This document shows positions 9,760 to 19,610 of a stretch of 64,000 bases of DNA, piece after piece (within the stretch, counting starts at the first letter, position 1; each line of letters opens with the position of its first letter). A program made the translations under genes and the position numbers. The notes below the pieces were generated by a model that was not told the origin of the DNA, did no database searches, and saw nothing but the letters and a program-made list of their open reading frames with translations. The stretch is from Candidatus Eiseniibacteriota bacterium (GTDB lineage Bacteria > Eisenbacteria > RBG-16-71-46): positions 1 to 64,000 of the forward strand of contig CAVUWA010000005.1 in the NCBI GenBank assembly GCA_963744995.1. Direction: 5' to 3'.

Positions 9760-10403
9760 GAGGTCCCCGCCGTGTCGTGTGCGGCCGCGGCGAGCACGCC
9801 GGGCAGGCGCCGGGCCACGCGTGCGGCAAAGTCGTCCAGCACACGTGCGGTCGCCGCATCGTCGCCGCCCCGCACCAGCGCCTCGACCCGCACGAACGCA
9901 CCCCACGAGCGGTTGTCGAGCGCGCCGGCGATCGCCAGCCGGCGCCGGAACGCTCCGACGTCGGCGGTGGTGAGGCCCTGCGTCGTCCACCAGTAGTAGA
10001 CCAGTCGCCGATCGTGCGAGCGGTCCGCCACGAAGCGCACGGCCTCGATGCCGGTGCGACTGCCGTCGTCCAGATGCGTGCGGCCTTCCCCTTCCACGAT
10101 GTAGCCCTGCGACTCGTAGCACAGGTGCGGATCGTGCGCGCCGTAGCGGCGGTTCTGGTGGTAGACCACACACAGCCATGCCACGTCGCCGCCGCGTTCG
10201 TAGCGTCGGATCAGCAGATCGTCGGCCTTCAGCTCCTCGACCACCGCGTCGTCGAACGACAGCTCCGAGCCGTTCCACGGCCCGAACGCGACCGGGCAGG
10301 CCACGAGCGCGCCGCGTCCGACGGCGAGGTTCACCGGCGGATGCCACGCGCCATAGAGCGCCGTGGCGGCGAGCATCAGGGCCACGACCACGAACCGCCT
10401 CAT
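9756..10403 (-). CDS. epsI: EpsI-family exosortase-associated protein (DUF3485)
   Basis: Signal/TM, LKADDLLIRRY, HDPHLCYESQG (H.P..C....G motif), LVYYWW; directly after the exosortase. Confidence 0.9.
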   Translation of the reverse strand: MRRFVVVALMLAATALYGAWHPPVNLAVGRGALVACPVAFGPWNGSELSFDDAVVEELKADDLLIRRYERGGDVAWLCVVYHQNRRYGAHDPHLCYESQGYIVEGEGRTHLDDGSRTGIEAVRFVADRSHDRRLVYYWWTTQGLTTADVGAFRRRLAIAGALDNRSWGAFVRVEALVRGGDDAATARVLDDFAARVARRLPGVLAAAAHDTAGTS

Positions 10404-11320
10404 GCCGGCGCCGCTCCCGCCCCGGGCGCGGCCACCGCCCCGCCGTCCCTCGTCCGGCGCGGTGCGAGCAGGGCGCGCAGACCGAGCATCGCGACGAGCG
10501 CCACCGCGTAGACCATCACGCCCGAGACGTCGTGGAGGAGGCCGCGCACCGCACCCACCCCCAGGTAGTGCGCGATCAGGATCAGCAGCGTGGTGCGCAC
10601 GGCGTTGCCGAGCATGGCGATCGGTACGGCGGCGACCAGCATGACGGCGCGACGCGCGCGCCCGCCTGGCTGCAGATGGGCGAACAGCGCGCCGGTGGCG
10701 AGCAGCGACACCAGCGAACGCAGCCCGCTGCACGGATTCTCCATGCGCAGCTCACCGGAGGTCAGAAAGATCGTCATGCCGCTCCTCTGCAGGTTGGCGC
10801 CGAGCGTCTCCGCCCACCAGGTCGCCAGGCGCACGGTGATCTCCTTGAGCCAGAAGCTGACCTGGTTCACCACGATCGGCGGGAACGGCAGCATGAACAC
10901 CAGAAAGGCGAGCGGAAAGGCGAGCGCCCGCGTCACCGTGGCGCCGAAGAAGGTGAGCGTGAGACCGGTGATCAGCACGACGATCGACGCCGCCTGCAGC
11001 GCGAACACGTCGGCCCTGAGGCCGAGCATCTGCAGCGCGCACCCGGCCGCCACCACGAGCGTCCCCCATGCGGCAGGCCGCACCGGCAGCGCGGCCAGGA
11101 CGCGGCGCCGGCGCCACGCGAGCGCCGCCGCGGCGACCGGCACCAGCGGCCCGTGCGAATAGTTGTCATTCGTCCGCCACACGTGCCAGAGCTCCGCGAA
11201 CACGCGATGCTCCACGGCGACGAACAGGAGCGCGAGCACCGCGAGGCCGAGCGCGCCACGGGTGGTGAACGCCGGACGCGCCGCGGGGGGCGTGGCGGGC
11301 ATGGCGCTCCCGGCGCTCAC
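10400..11320 (-). CDS. Exosortase (EpsH family)
   Basis: YSHGPLVP, P.AFL.FM.P.P, catalytic Cys (ENPCSGLRSL), Arg (NAVR), His (LHDVSG); about 8 TM. Confidence 0.93.
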   Translation of the reverse strand: MSAGSAMPATPPAARPAFTTRGALGLAVLALLFVAVEHRVFAELWHVWRTNDNYSHGPLVPVAAAALAWRRRRVLAALPVRPAAWGTLVVAAGCALQMLGLRADVFALQAASIVVLITGLTLTFFGATVTRALAFPLAFLVFMLPFPPIVVNQVSFWLKEITVRLATWWAETLGANLQRSGMTIFLTSGELRMENPCSGLRSLVSLLATGALFAHLQPGGRARRAVMLVAAVPIAMLGNAVRTTLLILIAHYLGVGAVRGLLHDVSGVMVYAVALVAMLGLRALLAPRRTRDGGAVAAPGAGAAPA

Positions 11321-13122
11321 CGCGCGCCCCGGCCCGAGAACAGCACGCCGGCGGTGCGCGCGAGGATCGCGAGGTCGCGCCCCATGGACATCGTGCGGAA
11401 GTACTCGTGGTCGGCGGCGACCTTGGCCTCCATCGAGATGGCGTCACGGCCGTTCACCTGGGCCCAGCCGGTGACGCCGGGGCGCAGCGCGTCGATCCCG
11501 AGCGCCTGGCGCATCGCGATCAGGTCGTCCTGGTTCCAGAGCGCCGGACGCGGGCCGACCAGGCTCATGTCGCCCTTGAGCACGTTCCAGAGCTGCGGCA
11601 GCTCGTCGAGACTCGTGCGGCGCAGGAACGCGCCGAGCCGGGTGACCCGCGCGGCCGCGCGGTCGGCGATCAGATGCGTGGCGAGGTCGGGTGTGCCGGT
11701 GCGCATCGTGCGGAATTTCATGATCCGGAATTCGCGCGAGCCCTGCCCGCTGCGCCGCTGGCGGAACAGCACGGGACCCGGCGAATCGAGACGCACCGCG
11801 AGCGCGAGCACGAGGAGCAGCGGCGAGAGCACGAGGAGTCCCGCCGCGGCTCCGAGGCGGTCCAGGAGCGTCTTGGCCCTCCCGTACGCGCCGGCGGGCG
11901 CGACCGGCAGACCGCGGCCGCACGCGGTGCGCCGCGCGGCCGCGAGCGCCTCCGCCAGCCGCTCGCCGAGCACGCGGCGCGAGTAGCCCGCCCTGACCCA
12001 CGCAGGCCCCGAACGTGCCATCGCCTCGCACCGCCGCGGATCGTCGCGCAGCGCGAGCAGCGTCGCGGCGAGCATCGCGCCGTCGCCGGGCGCCACCACG
12101 ATGCCGCCCCCCGAGGCGCGCACCACCTCCGCCGCGTCGCCGCGCACGGCGGCGACCACCGGCCGTCCGCAGGCGAGGTAGTCGAACAGCTTGACCGGAA
12201 TCGTCTCGCCGCAGAACGGATGGTCGCGCGTCGTCGCCAGACACACGTCGGCGGCATGGATCGTGGCCGCCAGCTGTTCCGGCGGCTGGCTCGGCTCGAA
12301 GGTGATCGCATCCAGCCCGCGCTCGGCGGCGGCGCGCTCGAGCGGCGCCTTGGCCACGCCGTCGCCCACCAGCCGGAAGCGCACCCCCGGCTCGCCGCGC
12401 AGACGCTCGGCGGCGTCGAGGATCACCTCCATGCCGTGCACGAGGCCGTGGGTGCCGGCGTAGAGCACCGTGAAGGTGTCGCTCGCACCGTTCATCGACG
12501 GGCCGGGCGCGAACAGCTCGGTGTCGGCGCCGTTGGTGATGAGATCGATCCGTCGCAGCTCGAGCCCGCGCGCTTCGAACTGGCGGCGCATGCCGGGCGT
12601 GACCGCGACGATCCGCTCCGCGCGGCGCTGCAGCCAGCCCGCGAGCGCGGCCAGCACGCGCGTGGCGAAGCCCTCGCGCATCTCGCCCAGCGCGATCGCC
12701 GCGTGCGGCCAGTCGTCGCGCATGTCGAGCACCAGCGGCGCGCGGTGCAGCCGCGACGCGCACCACGCCGTCACGCCGAGGAACAGCGGCGGCATGCTGG
12801 CGAGGACCAGATCGGGCCGCGCTCCGCCCATGGCCGCCGGCAGCGCGGCAACGGCGAAGCTCAGGTGATTCCAGAGCCGCCGCCACGCCGTCTTGCGCGG
12901 CGTCGCGTAGAGCCAGACCCGTTCGAGGAGGATGCCCTCCCACCTTTCGCGCGTCGCCGGCGCCCGGCGCGACTTGAACACGCCGGAGGGATGATTCGGA
13001 AAGCCGGTGATCACCCGCACCTCGTGCCCGGCGCGGGCCAGGGCGCGGGCGAAATGCGCTGCGCGCGCCGGGGCGGCCCCGGTCTCGGGCGGAAAGTACT
13101 GGGTGACGAACAGGATCCGCAC
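11317..13122 (-). CDS. GT4 (WbuB-like) glycosyltransferase fused to a monotopic phosphoglycosyl transferase (Bac_transf)
   Basis: GTG start RILFVTQYFPPE, YAGTHG, PVKLFDYLACG; C-terminal KFRTM, SLDELPQLWNVLKGDMSLVGPRP, PGVTGWAQVNGR. Confidence 0.88.
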   Translation of the reverse strand: MRILFVTQYFPPETGAAPARAAHFARALARAGHEVRVITGFPNHPSGVFKSRRAPATRERWEGILLERVWLYATPRKTAWRRLWNHLSFAVAALPAAMGGARPDLVLASMPPLFLGVTAWCASRLHRAPLVLDMRDDWPHAAIALGEMREGFATRVLAALAGWLQRRAERIVAVTPGMRRQFEARGLELRRIDLITNGADTELFAPGPSMNGASDTFTVLYAGTHGLVHGMEVILDAAERLRGEPGVRFRLVGDGVAKAPLERAAAERGLDAITFEPSQPPEQLAATIHAADVCLATTRDHPFCGETIPVKLFDYLACGRPVVAAVRGDAAEVVRASGGGIVVAPGDGAMLAATLLALRDDPRRCEAMARSGPAWVRAGYSRRVLGERLAEALAAARRTACGRGLPVAPAGAYGRAKTLLDRLGAAAGLLVLSPLLLVLALAVRLDSPGPVLFRQRRSGQGSREFRIMKFRTMRTGTPDLATHLIADRAAARVTRLGAFLRRTSLDELPQLWNVLKGDMSLVGPRPALWNQDDLIAMRQALGIDALRPGVTGWAQVNGRDAISMEAKVAADHEYFRTMSMGRDLAILARTAGVLFSGRGAR

Positions 13123-13127
13123 GGCGC

Positions 13128-13994
13128 TCAGGCCCCGGGCGCGGGAGTCGCCACCAGCAGCTGGCGCCGGGCACGGCGGTGGCCCAGCGTCCAGCGCGTC
13201 TGCAGCAGCCGCAGCATCGCGTAGAGCGGATCCGGCAGCACGCCCATGCCGCCCCAGTAGAGCTCGTGGTGCACGACCGCGAAGCCGTTCGCCTCCATGA
13301 TCTCGCGCAGCTCGCGCGGCGGGAACGTGCGTTCCACCGCGTAGGCATGGCGCGTTCCGTCGGGCGCGACGTACTCCTGATGCACCTCCGTGCGCAGATC
13401 GGCGAGGCGCGCGAGGTGGGCCGGGTGGGCGCCGTTGATGTCGCCGATCACCAGCACGCCGCCCGGCCGCAGCCGCGTGCGCACCTCGGCCAGAAAGCCC
13501 TCGAGCGGATCGATGTGCGAGAGCGCGTTGTAGACCCACACCAGATCGACCTCGTCCGCCCACGGCTTCGTGAGGTCGGCGCGCAGCTGGCGCACGGCGA
13601 GCCGCCGGCCGGTGCTCGCGGCGTGGAACGCGAGCCGCTGTTCCGCCACGTGCAGCCGATCGGGACGCAGATCGGCGGCGATCACCTCGGCGCCGACGGA
13701 GGCGTAGAGCATGGCGAACGAGCCGAAGCCCGAGCCCGCGTCCATCACCTTCACCGGGCCCGGCCGCGCGGCGGCGCGCGCCGCGATCCAGCGCGCGGTC
13801 CAGCCCGCCTCGCTGCGCCAGAAGCCGGTGAGGAAGCGCCGGATCTTCGCCGTCTCGCCCGCGCGCGGCAGCGACTCGTAGTAGTCGGTGAACACCTCGC
13901 GCTCGGCGCCTTCGAGGAAGGCCTCGCGCGCCGGCCACTCGACTTCGATGGTCCACTCCAGGAACGACTTGAATGCGTGCTCGGCCCCGCCCAT
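13128..13994 (-). CDS. Class I SAM-dependent methyltransferase
   Basis: VMDAGSGFG, NALSHI, LRPGGVL; start overlaps the CapA stop (TGATG). Confidence 0.85.
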   Translation of the reverse strand: MGGAEHAFKSFLEWTIEVEWPAREAFLEGAEREVFTDYYESLPRAGETAKIRRFLTGFWRSEAGWTARWIAARAAARPGPVKVMDAGSGFGSFAMLYASVGAEVIAADLRPDRLHVAEQRLAFHAASTGRRLAVRQLRADLTKPWADEVDLVWVYNALSHIDPLEGFLAEVRTRLRPGGVLVIGDINGAHPAHLARLADLRTEVHQEYVAPDGTRHAYAVERTFPPRELREIMEANGFAVVHHELYWGGMGVLPDPLYAMLRLLQTRWTLGHRRARRQLLVATPAPGA

Positions 13995-15121
13995 CAGGCG
14001 CTCCTTCCCATGCGCCGCACCGCCTGCCACAGCAGCGGCAGGTGCCGCGGCCTCAGCGAGGCCAGCAGCTTGACGATGCGGTCGAAACGTCCCTGTCTTG
14101 CGTAGGTCACGACGCTCTGCAGCTCGTAACGTAACAGGAGCGGCGCCGATTCGTCTGCGAAGCGGGCGGCGGCATCGTCGAGGCCGGCACTCACCCGCGT
14201 GAGGCGCGCGCGGATCGCGTCCGCCGCACCTGCGTCCGCCGCCGCCGGAACCCCGTCGTCATCGAGGACCAGCGGAACGGCGCCGAGCCCCGCCCCGCCT
14301 GCCGCCACCTCGGCGACGAACACCGCACCCTGCTTGCGCGTGACCTTCGCGACCTGCGCCTCGTACTCGCCCGATGCCGAATCGAAGATCGCGTCGCCGA
14401 GGCTGTAGCACACCAGGCAGCGGCCCTCGCGGCGCGCCCCCTGCAGCACGTGCGGGTGGTGGCCGAAGACCACGTCGGCCCCGGCCCGGGCAAGCACCCG
14501 CGCTGTTTCGATCACCCGCGGCGGCGGGTAGTCCACGTACATCGAGCCCCAGTGGGCGTGGACGACCAGCACGTCGGTCGCGGCGCGCCAGCGCGCGAGA
14601 TCCTCGCGCACCAGGTCGGGATCGAGCGGCGCGACGCATGGTGCGCCCGCCGCGCCGGGTGCGCGGCGGCTCTCCGCATAGCCGAGCACGGCCAGTCGCA
14701 CGCCGCGAACCGTCGTCTGCCACGGCCGGCGCGCGGCCGCGAGCGTCGGTCCCGCGCCGAACGCGGGGAGCCCCGCGCGCTCGAGCGCGGCGAGGGTCTG
14801 CTCGAGCCCGCGGCCGCCCGCATCCATGACGTGGTTGTTGGCGAGGCACACGGCGCTCACGCCGGCCGCGGCGAGCGCGGGCAGCAGCGCCTCGTCGTGG
14901 GCCTGGATGAGCGTCGCCGCCGCGGGGTCGGCCCCGGCGATCACCGGGAACTCGAGGTTCACGAACGCGACGTCGGCCGCGCGGAATGCGGTGGAAAGGG
15001 CCCCGAGCAGAGGCGCCCAGCCCGCATCGCGCGCGCGCTCGCGCACCCGGCCGACGGCCCCCACATCGCCCGCGGCGGCGAGCCGCAGGGTGACGTCGCC
15101 TTCAGGCTCGAGGAGTCGCAC
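13994..15121 (-). CDS. CapA/PGA_cap metallophosphoesterase-fold protein
   Basis: AAGDV, VNLE, LANNHVMD, HAHWG, GHHPH, YSLGD; start approximate. Confidence 0.88.
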   Translation of the reverse strand: MRLLEPEGDVTLRLAAAGDVGAVGRVRERARDAGWAPLLGALSTAFRAADVAFVNLEFPVIAGADPAAATLIQAHDEALLPALAAAGVSAVCLANNHVMDAGGRGLEQTLAALERAGLPAFGAGPTLAAARRPWQTTVRGVRLAVLGYAESRRAPGAAGAPCVAPLDPDLVREDLARWRAATDVLVVHAHWGSMYVDYPPPRVIETARVLARAGADVVFGHHPHVLQGARREGRCLVCYSLGDAIFDSASGEYEAQVAKVTRKQGAVFVAEVAAGGAGLGAVPLVLDDDGVPAAADAGAADAIRARLTRVSAGLDDAAARFADESAPLLLRYELQSVVTYARQGRFDRIVKLLASLRPRHLPLLWQAVRRMGRSA

Positions 15122-16289
15122 GCCGCGCCTCCCGCGCCGCGGACGCCGCGGCAGGTGTCGGCCGTCCGAGCAGTTCGCGGTACACGGCCTCGGTTTCGGC
15201 CACCATGCGTTCGGCGGTGAACGCCGCGCGCCAGCGCGCGGCGGCGGCGCGCCCCATCGCCGCACGGGCCGCCGGATCGGCGAGCAACCCGCTGAGCGCC
15301 TCCGCCAGCGCGGCCGCATCGCCGGCCGGCACGATGCGCCCGGTCACCCCCTCCTCGACCACCTCCGGCATGCCGCCGATCCGGGTCACCACGGCGGCGC
15401 GTGCCGCGCGCATCGCCTCGAGCAGCGTCACCGGCAGTCCCTCGCGCACCGAGGACAGCACGAAGACGTCCGCGGCCTCCAGCAGGCCGGCGACGTCGTC
15501 GCGCGGGCCGAGAAAGCGCACCGCGCTCCCGGCGCCGCTCTCCCCGGCCGCGGCTTCAAGCGCCGCGCGGAGCGGTCCGTCGCCCGCGATCAGCAGGCGT
15601 GCCGCCCCCCGGGTCGCGGACACGCGGCCGAAGGCCTCGATCAGCACGTGCTGGGCCTTCTGCACGGTCAGGCTGCCGACGGTGAGCACGACCTCGTCGC
15701 GCTCCTCCAATCCGAGCGCCGCGCGCATCTCATGACGCGTGCGGGTGTGCGGTGCGGACGAAATGCCGTTGGCCACGGTGACGAAGCGCCGCGCCGCCCA
15801 GGGCAGGCGGCGGACATGGCTTTCCAGCACCGCCCGGCACACGCACACCACACGCCGCGTCATCAGCGTGAGGATTCTCTCGAGCCACGGATAGACGCCC
15901 GAGTGACGGCCGGCGTAGTGCAGGCTGTGCTCGGTGCGCACGATCGCGGGGATCCCCGCGAGACGTCCGGCCAGCGTCGCGTACAGCCCGCCGGTCGGAT
16001 TGTGGCCGTTCACGACGTCGATTTGCGCCTCGCGCATCAGGCGCGCGAGCGCGCGGATCCGCGCCAGCGGCCGCCCCGGGGCGAACCCGGCCCGGCGCTC
16101 GAGGGCGAGCACGGTGGCGCCGGCCGCGGCGGCCGCTTCGAGCGCCGGTCCCTCGCGGTTGAGCGCGCACACGAAGACCTCGACGCCCGCGCCCGCGCAG
16201 CGCGCGTGCTCGACGACCAGCGACTCGGCGCCGCCGGTGACCATGGCCTCCATCACGTGGAGCACCCGCATGGTTCCGTCCGCGCTCAC
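15102..16289 (-). CDS. Glycosyltransferase family 4
   Basis: GGAE, KAQH, DVFVLSSVREGLPVTLLEAM (EX7E). Confidence 0.93.
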   Translation of the reverse strand: MSADGTMRVLHVMEAMVTGGAESLVVEHARCAGAGVEVFVCALNREGPALEAAAAAGATVLALERRAGFAPGRPLARIRALARLMREAQIDVVNGHNPTGGLYATLAGRLAGIPAIVRTEHSLHYAGRHSGVYPWLERILTLMTRRVVCVCRAVLESHVRRLPWAARRFVTVANGISSAPHTRTRHEMRAALGLEERDEVVLTVGSLTVQKAQHVLIEAFGRVSATRGAARLLIAGDGPLRAALEAAAGESGAGSAVRFLGPRDDVAGLLEAADVFVLSSVREGLPVTLLEAMRAARAAVVTRIGGMPEVVEEGVTGRIVPAGDAAALAEALSGLLADPAARAAMGRAAAARWRAAFTAERMVAETEAVYRELLGRPTPAAASAAREARRATPRA

Positions 16290-17497
16290 GCCCCGGCTCC
16301 GTTCATGAGCGCGAACAGCCGCTCGAAGTTCACGCGCGCGTCGAACGACCGGGCGACACGCTCGTGCGCCGCGGCGCCGAGCGCGCCGAGCCCGCCGGGC
16401 GCATCGAGCGCTTCGCCGATCGCGGCCGCCAGCGCCCGCTCATCGTCGGGCGGCACGATCCAGCCGGTGACGCCGGACTCGACGATTTCGCCGATGCCGG
16501 TGGCGTCGGTGCCGATCACGGGCACCCCCATCGCCATGGCTTCGACGACCACGTTGGGAATCCCGTCGCGGCGCCCGTTGGCGAGCACGCGGCTCGGGGC
16601 CAGCAGCACCCAGCAACGCCGGTAGAGCGGCAGCAGGGCGTCGTGTTCGAGCGTGCCGGCGAAGGTGACGCGCGCGTGGACGCCGAGCTCGAGCGCCAGC
16701 GCCTCGAGCCGCTCGCGCTGGGGCCCGTCGCCGACGATGACCAGCTCGGGCGCCCCGCCGGGACGGGCGGCGAGCCGCGCCAGCGCGCGGATGGCGACGT
16801 CGAAGCCCTTGGCCGTGGCCAGCCGCCCGACGCTGAGCAGCAACGGCTCCGCGTCCGGCGCACGGGCGGAGGCGCCGAAGCGCTCGAGGTCGACGCCGTG
16901 GTAGATGTGGTGAACGCGGCCGGGCACGCCGGCCAGGCGCTCGAGCATGTCGGCGTTGCTGCGCACGCAGGCGTTCACGAAGTCCGCGGCGCGCACCTTC
17001 TCGGCCAGAAACGCCTGCGTTCTGTACAGATCGGCACCGGCATGCGCCGACATGCTGAAGCGGGCGTGGGCGAGGCGCGCCGCCAGCCAGGCGGTGCTCG
17101 CCGGGAAATGGGCCCAGGCGCCGTGCACGCGCTCGATACCCTCGCGCTCGACGATCGCCGCCACCCGGGCCGCCGCCGGCAGATAGGCCAGATGCCCCGC
17201 CAGCGCATAGAGCGACCCCCGCGAGGCCCACAGCAGGCGCAGCACTCCGGGCACCAGCACCTGCGGGCGGCGCACGAGCCACCCCAGCAGGGCGACCCAC
17301 GAGGACGGCGCGAGCGGCGAACCCACCTCTTCGACATGCTCGAGCAGACTCGCGTGCTCCGGCTGGATCCGCGTCCCCCGCGGCCCGAGGGTCAGCACGC
17401 GCACCCGCACGCCGCGTTCGATCAGACCGCGCACGTCGTTCTCGATGAACGTCGCCATCGTCGGGAAGGTCGTCGTGACCCAGGCGACGGCCCTCAT
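16286..17497 (-). CDS. Glycosyltransferase family 4 (WcaL-like)
   Basis: ATG 17497; SVGRL..KGF, RDGIPNVVVEAMAMG. Confidence 0.92.
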   Translation of the reverse strand: MRAVAWVTTTFPTMATFIENDVRGLIERGVRVRVLTLGPRGTRIQPEHASLLEHVEEVGSPLAPSSWVALLGWLVRRPQVLVPGVLRLLWASRGSLYALAGHLAYLPAAARVAAIVEREGIERVHGAWAHFPASTAWLAARLAHARFSMSAHAGADLYRTQAFLAEKVRAADFVNACVRSNADMLERLAGVPGRVHHIYHGVDLERFGASARAPDAEPLLLSVGRLATAKGFDVAIRALARLAARPGGAPELVIVGDGPQRERLEALALELGVHARVTFAGTLEHDALLPLYRRCWVLLAPSRVLANGRRDGIPNVVVEAMAMGVPVIGTDATGIGEIVESGVTGWIVPPDDERALAAAIGEALDAPGGLGALGAAAHERVARSFDARVNFERLFALMNGAGA

Positions 17498-18609
17498 GGT
17501 GACGCGGCTCCCGCCGCTCGGCGGTAGAACGCTTCGTGGCGGCGCACCATGGCGCTGATGTCCATCTCCTCGATCACCCGCCGGCGCGCCGCGCGCCCGC
17601 GGCGCTCGGCTTCCGCGCGGTCCCGAACCGCCTCCTCGAGCGCCGCGGCGAGCGCCCCCGGCTGCGCCGGCGGCACCAGCCAGCCCTGGGTCCCGTTCTC
17701 CATGACTTCCGGCGTCCCTCCGACCGCGGTCGCCACCGCCGGGCGGCCGGCGGCCATGGCCTCGAGCAGGGCGTTGGGGATTCCTTCCTCGCGCGAGGAC
17801 AGCACGAACACGTCGAAGGTCGGCAGCAGGCGCTCGACGTCGTCCCGCTCGCCCATGAAGCGCACGCGTCGTCCGAGTCCGAGTCGCTGCGTGTCGGCCT
17901 CGAGCCGCGCGAGCTCCGGACCTTCGCCGACGAGATCCGCGCGCCAGTTCAGGCCGCGGCCGTCGAGGAGCGCGAGCGCCTCCAGCAGTGTGCCGTAGTC
18001 CTTGCGCGGCGCCAGGCAACCGACGCTGCCGATCACCGCCGTGTCGGCGACGGCCCCGTAAACGGGCGCCGCGAAGCGGTTCGAATCGACGCCGTTCGGA
18101 ATCACCGTGATGCGCTCGCGCGGCACGCCCAGATCCACCACGGTGTCGGCCGCCGATCGGCTCACCGCGGTGACGTGGGTCGCGAGGCGCGCGGTCAGGC
18201 GCTGGATCGCGATCTGCCGCGGCGTCTCGAAAGCGTCCACGTTGCGCTTGGCGATCACCACCGCCCGCACGCGGGCCAGGCGTCCGGCCAGGGCGGCGAG
18301 CAGGTTCGGACCGAACAGATATCCGTGCAGCACGTGCGGCCGGAAGCGCAGCGTGTGATGGACGAGCCGCAGCAGGCCCCGCAGCCCGCTCGGCCCGTAC
18401 AGGCGCGTCCCGATGCCCAGATCGCGCAGCGGCCAGCCGAGCGACAGAACCTCGGGCAGGAACATGCCTTCGGCCCGGATGCAGACGATCTCGACGTCGA
18501 AGCGATCGCGATCGATGCGCCTCCACATCTCGAGCAGATGGCGCTCCGCGCCCCCGGCGACGAAGTTGCCGACCACGTACATGATCCGGATGCGCTCCGG
18601 GCGGCTCAT
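17494..18609 (-). CDS. Glycosyltransferase family 4
   Basis: GGAE, IPNGVD, DVFVLSSREEGIPNALLEAMAAG. Confidence 0.93.
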   Translation of the reverse strand: MSRPERIRIMYVVGNFVAGGAERHLLEMWRRIDRDRFDVEIVCIRAEGMFLPEVLSLGWPLRDLGIGTRLYGPSGLRGLLRLVHHTLRFRPHVLHGYLFGPNLLAALAGRLARVRAVVIAKRNVDAFETPRQIAIQRLTARLATHVTAVSRSAADTVVDLGVPRERITVIPNGVDSNRFAAPVYGAVADTAVIGSVGCLAPRKDYGTLLEALALLDGRGLNWRADLVGEGPELARLEADTQRLGLGRRVRFMGERDDVERLLPTFDVFVLSSREEGIPNALLEAMAAGRPAVATAVGGTPEVMENGTQGWLVPPAQPGALAAALEEAVRDRAEAERRGRAARRRVIEEMDISAMVRRHEAFYRRAAGAASP

Positions 18610-19610
18610 GCCACCTGCCTCGCGCGCAGATGGTCGAAGGCCCCTTCCAGTTCGGCCCGGGCGAGCCGCGCCGAAAAACGTCCGGCGGGATTCAGACAGG
18701 CGCCGTCCGAGAGCCCCCGGCGCCTGAGCTCCAGGCGCGGGCTCTCCGCCCCCGCATCCCCCGTGCGGGTCGTGACCGCATGTTCGAATCCGGCGGCGGC
18801 CACGACCTCGAGGGTCCGCGCGTCGTAGTCCCCGCCCGGGTAGGCGAGCCCGCGCGGCCGCACGCCCAGCCGGCGCTCGATGAGCCTCGCCGAATCCTCG
18901 ATCTCGCCGAGCTGCTCTTCACCATCGAGCAGACTGAGATAGGGATGATCCATCGTGTGCGCGCCGATCTCCATGCCGCGCTCGGCGAGCCGTGCGGCCA
19001 GATCCCAGGTCGCCAGCCGGCACGGGGCCGGCGCCGTCACGCCCGTGGCACGACCGAGCGCCTCGAGCCGCCGCGCCTGTCGCTCCGGCCGTTCGTGGAA
19101 CCCGGGCAGCAGCGCCCCGAGCGCCGCCGCGCGCCCGGATCGCGTGGACAGCGAAAGCACCTGCGCGTCCCCATCGTATTCGAACCTCACCTCGCGGCGG
19201 CCGGCGGCCTCGAGCCGATGCACGAGGTCGTCCCACCATGGTGCGCGCCGGGAGTCCATCAGGCCCGCCGTCAGATAGAAGGTCGCGCGGGCCCCATGCG
19301 CCTCGAGGGCCGGCAGCGCCCGTTCCACGTTGTCGGCGTAGCCGTCGTCGAAGGTCATCGCCACCCAGCGCCCCGGGCGTCCCTCCGCCAGCCGCGCAAG
19401 CCCCTCGGACAGGGTCAGCGGCACGCGGCCGAGACGCGCCAGCAGGGCGAGCTGCGCTTCGAACACGGAGGCCGATACCCCGATGCGGTACAGGGGGGCT
19501 TCGCCGTCGGCGAACACGCGATGGTGCCGGATGATGGTGAGCCGCGGGGCGCGCGCGGGGCCGGGCCGGTGCCCCAGGCTCATGAGCCAGCGGAGCGTGC
19601 GACCGTTCAA
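18606..19610 (-). CDS. Polysaccharide deacetylase (CE4)
   Basis: TTG start (TTGA overlap); TFDDGYADN, HTMDHP, AYPGG. Confidence 0.9.
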   Translation of the reverse strand: MNGRTLRWLMSLGHRPGPARAPRLTIIRHHRVFADGEAPLYRIGVSASVFEAQLALLARLGRVPLTLSEGLARLAEGRPGRWVAMTFDDGYADNVERALPALEAHGARATFYLTAGLMDSRRAPWWDDLVHRLEAAGRREVRFEYDGDAQVLSLSTRSGRAAALGALLPGFHERPERQARRLEALGRATGVTAPAPCRLATWDLAARLAERGMEIGAHTMDHPYLSLLDGEEQLGEIEDSARLIERRLGVRPRGLAYPGGDYDARTLEVVAAAGFEHAVTTRTGDAGAESPRLELRRRGLSDGACLNPAGRFSARLARAELEGAFDHLRARQVA

